From Trypethelium eluteriae (Eukaryota): a stretch of 51,314 nucleotides of DNA. Shown here in pieces: positions 50,710-51,314 of the stretch. Both the position numbers and the translations under genes were made by a program. Under the pieces are notes generated by a model. It had not been told where the DNA came from. It was given only the letters and a program-made list of their open reading frames with translations, and did not search any database. Position 1 is the first letter of the stretch. Every line of letters begins with the position of its first letter. The stretch spans positions 1 to 51,314 of the forward strand of contig JAVECL010000108.1 of assembly GCA_051942245.1 (NCBI GenBank), in the 5' to 3' direction.

Positions 50710-51314
50710 TCAAGAGAGCTTCACGCTCCTACCCGCAGATGCACCAAACTCTTTACAAAAGGGATAGTCAATGTAACCGTCCTCCGACTTCCTTTTGTAG
50801 AAAGTGTTTCGGTCATAGGGTGTGAAGTCGATCCCGTGCTTGACGCGAAAAGCCAAATCCGGATTCGAGACGTAATACCTACCAAAGACGACAGCCACGT
50901 CTGTGTCCCTGTACTCCTCATCCACTGCTCTTCTTGCGCTGTCTGGTCTGAAACCACCTGCAACGAAAATTGGACTTTGACCATCCCAAGTATTGACTGC
51001 GAAGTCTATCTTTTCGGTCGCTTCGACGTCGGCATTGCCCGCTATTCGGCTCTCAACCAGATGCAGATACCCCAGTTTCAACGCCTTTAGCTCCTTCACC
51101 AGGTGACTGAATTGGGGAATTGGATCGTCCATCTTCATCCCCTGGAACGTGCTCCACGGACTCAACCTGATCCCCACCCTTTCTGGCGTCCCTATCGCAT
51201 CTACCACCGCCTTCGTCACCTCAAGTGCAAACTGACTCCTCTTCTCCACACTCCCACCCCACCCATCCTCCCGTCGATTCGATACATCCTGCGTAAACTG
51301 ATCAATCAAATACC
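50710..51314 (-). CDS. Old yellow enzyme / NADH:flavin oxidoreductase, 3' part only (5' end lies outside the window)
   Basis: GYLIDQFTQDVSNRREDGWGGSVEKRSQF, VGIRLSPW, YLHLVESR, VVFGRYYVSNPDL and YDRNTFY...GYIDYPF motifs. Confidence 0.95.
   Translation of the reverse strand, partial: YLIDQFTQDVSNRREDGWGGSVEKRSQFALEVTKAVVDAIGTPERVGIRLSPWSTFQGMKMDDPIPQFSHLVKELKALKLGYLHLVESRIAGNADVEATEKIDFAVNTWDGQSPIFVAGGFRPDSARRAVDEEYRDTDVAVVFGRYYVSNPDLAFRVKHGIDFTPYDRNTFYKRKSEDGYIDYPFCKEFGASAGRSVKLS

Overview
Gene-dense, intron-containing genomic DNA of a filamentous ascomycete (Pezizomycotina; the gene families and short GT-AG introns fit a Dothideomycete, which is inference). About 22 protein-coding genes can be modelled by hand: a DUF3712 membrane protein, ureG, a pyruvate dehydrogenase kinase, a DUF829/PaxU-like hydrolase, an AlaX tRNA-editing protein, an HMG-box regulator, an HSL-type lipase, a secreted nucleoside-hydrolase-like protein, RNase T2, a HET-domain gene, a pseudokinase, arg8, UV-damage endonuclease, an FAD monooxygenase, an F-box-like protein, a BRD8-like bromodomain protein, GH2 beta-mannosidase, a partial old yellow enzyme and several hypothetical genes. 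No rRNA, tRNA, CRISPR array or intact transposon was seen. The most striking unexplained signal is the PDK stop codon: it sits in the TMV-type leaky context CAA-TAA-CAA-TTA, is followed by a stem-loop, and is followed in frame by 96 more sense codons, which suggests programmed stop-codon readthrough. Also notable are a HET gene interrupted by a single in-frame TAG, a divergent secreted nucleoside hydrolase next to a secreted RNase T2, a pseudokinase with a Cys-rich insertion, a likely dual-start UVDE and a 9-nt microexon.
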